64,000 bases of DNA, taken from NCBI GenBank assembly GCA_904390925.1, contig CAJFMB010000001.1, forward strand, positions 9,167 through 73,166. The letters run 5' to 3'. A program made the translations under genes and the position numbers. Source of the DNA: an uncultured Subdoligranulum sp. GTDB lineage: Bacteria > Bacillota > Clostridia > Oscillospirales > Ruminococcaceae. A model generated the notes under the pieces. That model was given only the letters and a program-made list of their open reading frames with translations, was not told the origin of the DNA and did no database searches. Shown here in pieces: positions 61,531 through 64,000 of this stretch. Positions within the stretch are counted from its first letter, which is position 1; every line of letters starts with the position of its first letter.

Positions 61531-61929
61531 TTGGCACAGAATCCCAAGGATCTGGAATATTCCATCCTGCTGGACCATTACGGGCCTGTGCTGACCCAGC
61601 GTCAGCGGGACATCCTGACCGAGTATTATGACGAGGATCTGTCCCTTTCCGAGATTGCGGAAAATTTCGGCATCACCCGGCAGGGGGTGCGCGACGCCAT
61701 CAAGCATGGGGAAGCGACCCTGCGGGAGATGGAGGACAAAATCGGCAACGCCCGGCGTCATCGGGCAATGCTGGAGGATCTGCAGCGCCTTGAGCAGCTG
61801 ATCCGGGAGGTCCGCTGCTGCAATTCCGGTCTGTACACGCCGGTGCCCCGCATCAAGGATGACACCGACGAGATGCTGGCCATCGTGGAACGTCTCACTT
61901 CCCAGGAGGAAACGTCAAGTGGCATTTGA
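61531..61929 (+). CDS. ylxM: YlxM-family HTH protein
   Basis: LLD.YG..LT.RQ...YY.EDLSLSEIAE...ITRQGV.D.IK; directly upstream of ffh; TTG start. Confidence 0.9.
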   Translation: MAQNPKDLEYSILLDHYGPVLTQRQRDILTEYYDEDLSLSEIAENFGITRQGVRDAIKHGEATLREMEDKIGNARRHRAMLEDLQRLEQLIREVRCCNSGLYTPVPRIKDDTDEMLAIVERLTSQEETSSGI

Positions 61930-63262
61930 ATCACTTACCGAACGCCTGTCCGGCGTTTTCAAAAAGCTGCGCGGCAAGGGCAAGCTGGGCGAGGCCGACA
62001 TCAAGGCCGCCATGCGGGAAGTCCGCATGGCACTGCTGGAAGCCGATGTCAACTACAAGGTTGCCAAGGATTTCTGCAATCAGGTGTCGGAGCGGGCCAT
62101 GGGCCAGGAGGTCATGGAAAGCTTGACCCCCGCCCAGCAGGTGGTCAAGATTGTCAATGAGGAACTCACCCGTCTGATGGGCGGCGAGGAACCCCAGCAG
62201 CTTCACATCAAAAACAAGGGCCAGACGGTTCTGATGATGTGCGGCCTGCAGGGCAACGGCAAGACCACCCATGCGGCCAAGCTGGGCAAGTATTACAAAA
62301 AGCTGGGCCGCCGCCCGCTGCTGGTGGCCTGCGACATCTACCGCCCCGCTGCCATTGATCAGCTGCGCATTGTGGGTGAGCAGGCCGGGGTCCCCGTCTT
62401 TGGGATGGGCACCGAAAAGCCGGAACAGATTGCCCTCAAGGCAATGGCTTACGCCCGCGACCATGGCAACGACATTGTTATCATCGATACCGCCGGCCGT
62501 CTGCAGATTGACGATGCCCTGATGGACGAGCTGGTCCGCATCAAGCAGACAGTGGAGGTGGACGACACCCTGCTGGTTGTGGATGCCATGGCCGGTCAGG
62601 AAGCCGTCAACGTGGCCAAAACCTTCAACGAGAAGGTGGGCATCGACGGCGTCATCCTGACCAAGACCGACGGCGATACCCGCGGCGGTGCCGCGCTCTC
62701 GGTTCTGGCCGTCACCGGCAAACCGATTTATTTCCAGGGCATCGGCGAAAAGCTGGATGATCTGGAACCTTTCTATCCCGCCCGCATGGCCGGCCGGATT
62801 CTGGGTATGGGCGATGTGCTTTCCCTGATTGAGAAGGCCCAGGCCACCCAGGACGAAAAACAGGCCGAAGAAACCGCCCGGCGGATGATGGCCAACAAGT
62901 TTGATCTGAATGATATGCTGGCTCAGTTCCAGCAGATCAAAAAGATGGGCGGTGCCTCGGCACTGCTGGCCATGCTGCCCGGCGGTTCCAAAATCGACGC
63001 CGATCAGCTGGACGACAAAGCCCTGCCCCACATCGAGGCCATCATCTACTCGATGACACCGGAGGAACGGGCCAAGCCCTCCATCATCAATCCCAAGCGC
63101 AAGCGTCGCATTGCCGCAGGCAGCGGCCGCACGGTGGAGGAAGTCAACAAACTGCTGCGTCAGTATGAAATGATGCAGAAGATGATGAAACAGGTCAAGC
63201 GCAACCCCAAAGGCTTCATGCGCCGGCTGGGCAATATCCCGGGCCTGCGCGGCATGCACTGA
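61919..63262 (+). CDS. ffh: Signal recognition particle protein
   Basis: AFESL, ALLEADV, GLQGNGKTT, DTAGR, TK.DGD.RGG, M domain RIAAGSG; GTG start. Confidence 0.97.
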   Translation: MAFESLTERLSGVFKKLRGKGKLGEADIKAAMREVRMALLEADVNYKVAKDFCNQVSERAMGQEVMESLTPAQQVVKIVNEELTRLMGGEEPQQLHIKNKGQTVLMMCGLQGNGKTTHAAKLGKYYKKLGRRPLLVACDIYRPAAIDQLRIVGEQAGVPVFGMGTEKPEQIALKAMAYARDHGNDIVIIDTAGRLQIDDALMDELVRIKQTVEVDDTLLVVDAMAGQEAVNVAKTFNEKVGIDGVILTKTDGDTRGGAALSVLAVTGKPIYFQGIGEKLDDLEPFYPARMAGRILGMGDVLSLIEKAQATQDEKQAEETARRMMANKFDLNDMLAQFQQIKKMGGASALLAMLPGGSKIDADQLDDKALPHIEAIIYSMTPEERAKPSIINPKRKRRIAAGSGRTVEEVNKLLRQYEMMQKMMKQVKRNPKGFMRRLGNIPGLRGMH

Positions 63263-63382
63263 GCAACCGCTGCGCAAAACCGTCAATATGGTATTTCCCT
63301 TATGGCTTTTCGGCCCCGAGGGTGATATAGAAACAGTGCCCCGCGAAACAGGGCCGAACACAAATTTTGGAGGAAAGTTACA

Positions 63383-63622
63383 ATGGTTAAGATTCGTCTG
63401 CGCCGCATGGGCGCCAAGAAAGCCCCCTTCTACCGCGTTGTTGTCGCTGACAGCCGCTATGCCCGTGATGGCCGCTTCATCGAGGAGATCGGCTACTACG
63501 ATCCCACCCAGGAGCCCTCTGTCATCAAGATCGACGCCGAGAAGGCCAAGCAGTGGCTGGCCAACGGCGCTCAGCCCACCGACACTGTCCGCGTTCTGCT
63601 GAAGAAGTCCGAGATCCTGTAA
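63383..63622 (+). CDS. rpsP: 30S ribosomal protein S16
   Basis: [28 protein letters not shown]. Confidence 0.98.
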   Translation: MVKIRLRRMGAKKAPFYRVVVADSRYARDGRFIEEIGYYDPTQEPSVIKIDAEKAKQWLANGAQPTDTVRVLLKKSEIL

Positions 63623-63640
63623 CCAGAACGGAGGCGCACC

Positions 63641-63874
63641 ATGCAGGAACTGCTGATTGCTGTTGCCCGCGGCCTTGTGGAAAACAAGGAAGCGGTGCAG
63701 GTCACAGTCGACCCTGTGCGCGAGGATGGCACCGTCGTCTACCACCTGATTGTGGCCGAGGATGATATGGGCCGTGTGATCGGCAAACAGGGCCGCATCG
63801 CGAAGGCGATCCGTGTTGTGATGCGGGCCGCCGCCGTCCGCCATGGCGAAAAAGTTGTGGTGGAGATCGGCTGA
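63641..63874 (+). CDS. khpA: KH-domain RNA-binding protein KhpA (YlqC)
   Basis: DMGRVIGKQGRIAKAIR; follows rpsP. Confidence 0.92.
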   Translation: MQELLIAVARGLVENKEAVQVTVDPVREDGTVVYHLIVAEDDMGRVIGKQGRIAKAIRVVMRAAAVRHGEKVVVEIG

Positions 63875-63891
63875 TCAAGCTGAAACAGCTG

Positions 63892-63925
63892 GCACCCCGC
63901 TGCAGGTCGGCGGGGTGCTTTTTGT
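63892..63925 (+). terminator. Intrinsic terminator after khpA
   Basis: GCACCCCGCTG-CAGGT-CGGCGGGGTGC followed by TTTTT. Confidence 0.85.
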
Positions 63926-64000
63926 GCCTGTACCCGACCCTGTAGGGGTTGGTGCGCGGGATATTTGCAGTAAAAACAGTTCCTGCCGCCGGGCGCATAC

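Noticed and set aside
62245-62271. Ffh P-loop GLQGNGKTT instead of GLQG(A/S)GKTT
   Set aside because: Single change at a variable position; all other GTPase motifs are intact.

Overview
A GC-rich (roughly 60%, estimated by eye) core-chromosome segment of a low-G+C-lineage anaerobe. Gene content and order point to Bacillota/Clostridia, probably Oscillospiraceae such as Gemmiger/Subdoligranulum; this is inference. It holds about 52 genes, mostly on the + strand, in this order: fabH-K-D-G-F-Z; an XRE-TPR regulator; uvrB-uvrA; an esterase and a MmcQ/YjbR-EVE-like gene; miaB-ylbF/ricA-mutS-mutL-miaA; sepF-ylmH-divIVA-ileS-lspA-RluA; an aromatic-amino-acid-type ABC importer; HAD hydrolases; an ABC-F; hprK-PHP-ROK-murB-rapZ-whiA-dnaE-pfkA; patB/malY; comEA-ppk1; a spoIVFA/spoIVFB-like pair; a sortase-type vWA adhesin; a divergent cysK paralog; ylxM-ffh-rpsP-khpA. 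I saw no rRNA, tRNA, CRISPR array, prophage or transposase, and I cannot support a large new multi-gene system. The best leads are small. They are a multi-stem non-T-box leader RNA before the ABC importer, a 22-bp stem that hides the adhesin RBS, an apparently inactive SGNH surface protein, a CysK paralog with a rewired active site, a MinD-like amphipathic tail on PPK1, and several candidate operators. All family calls come from motif recognition by eye, not from database searches.
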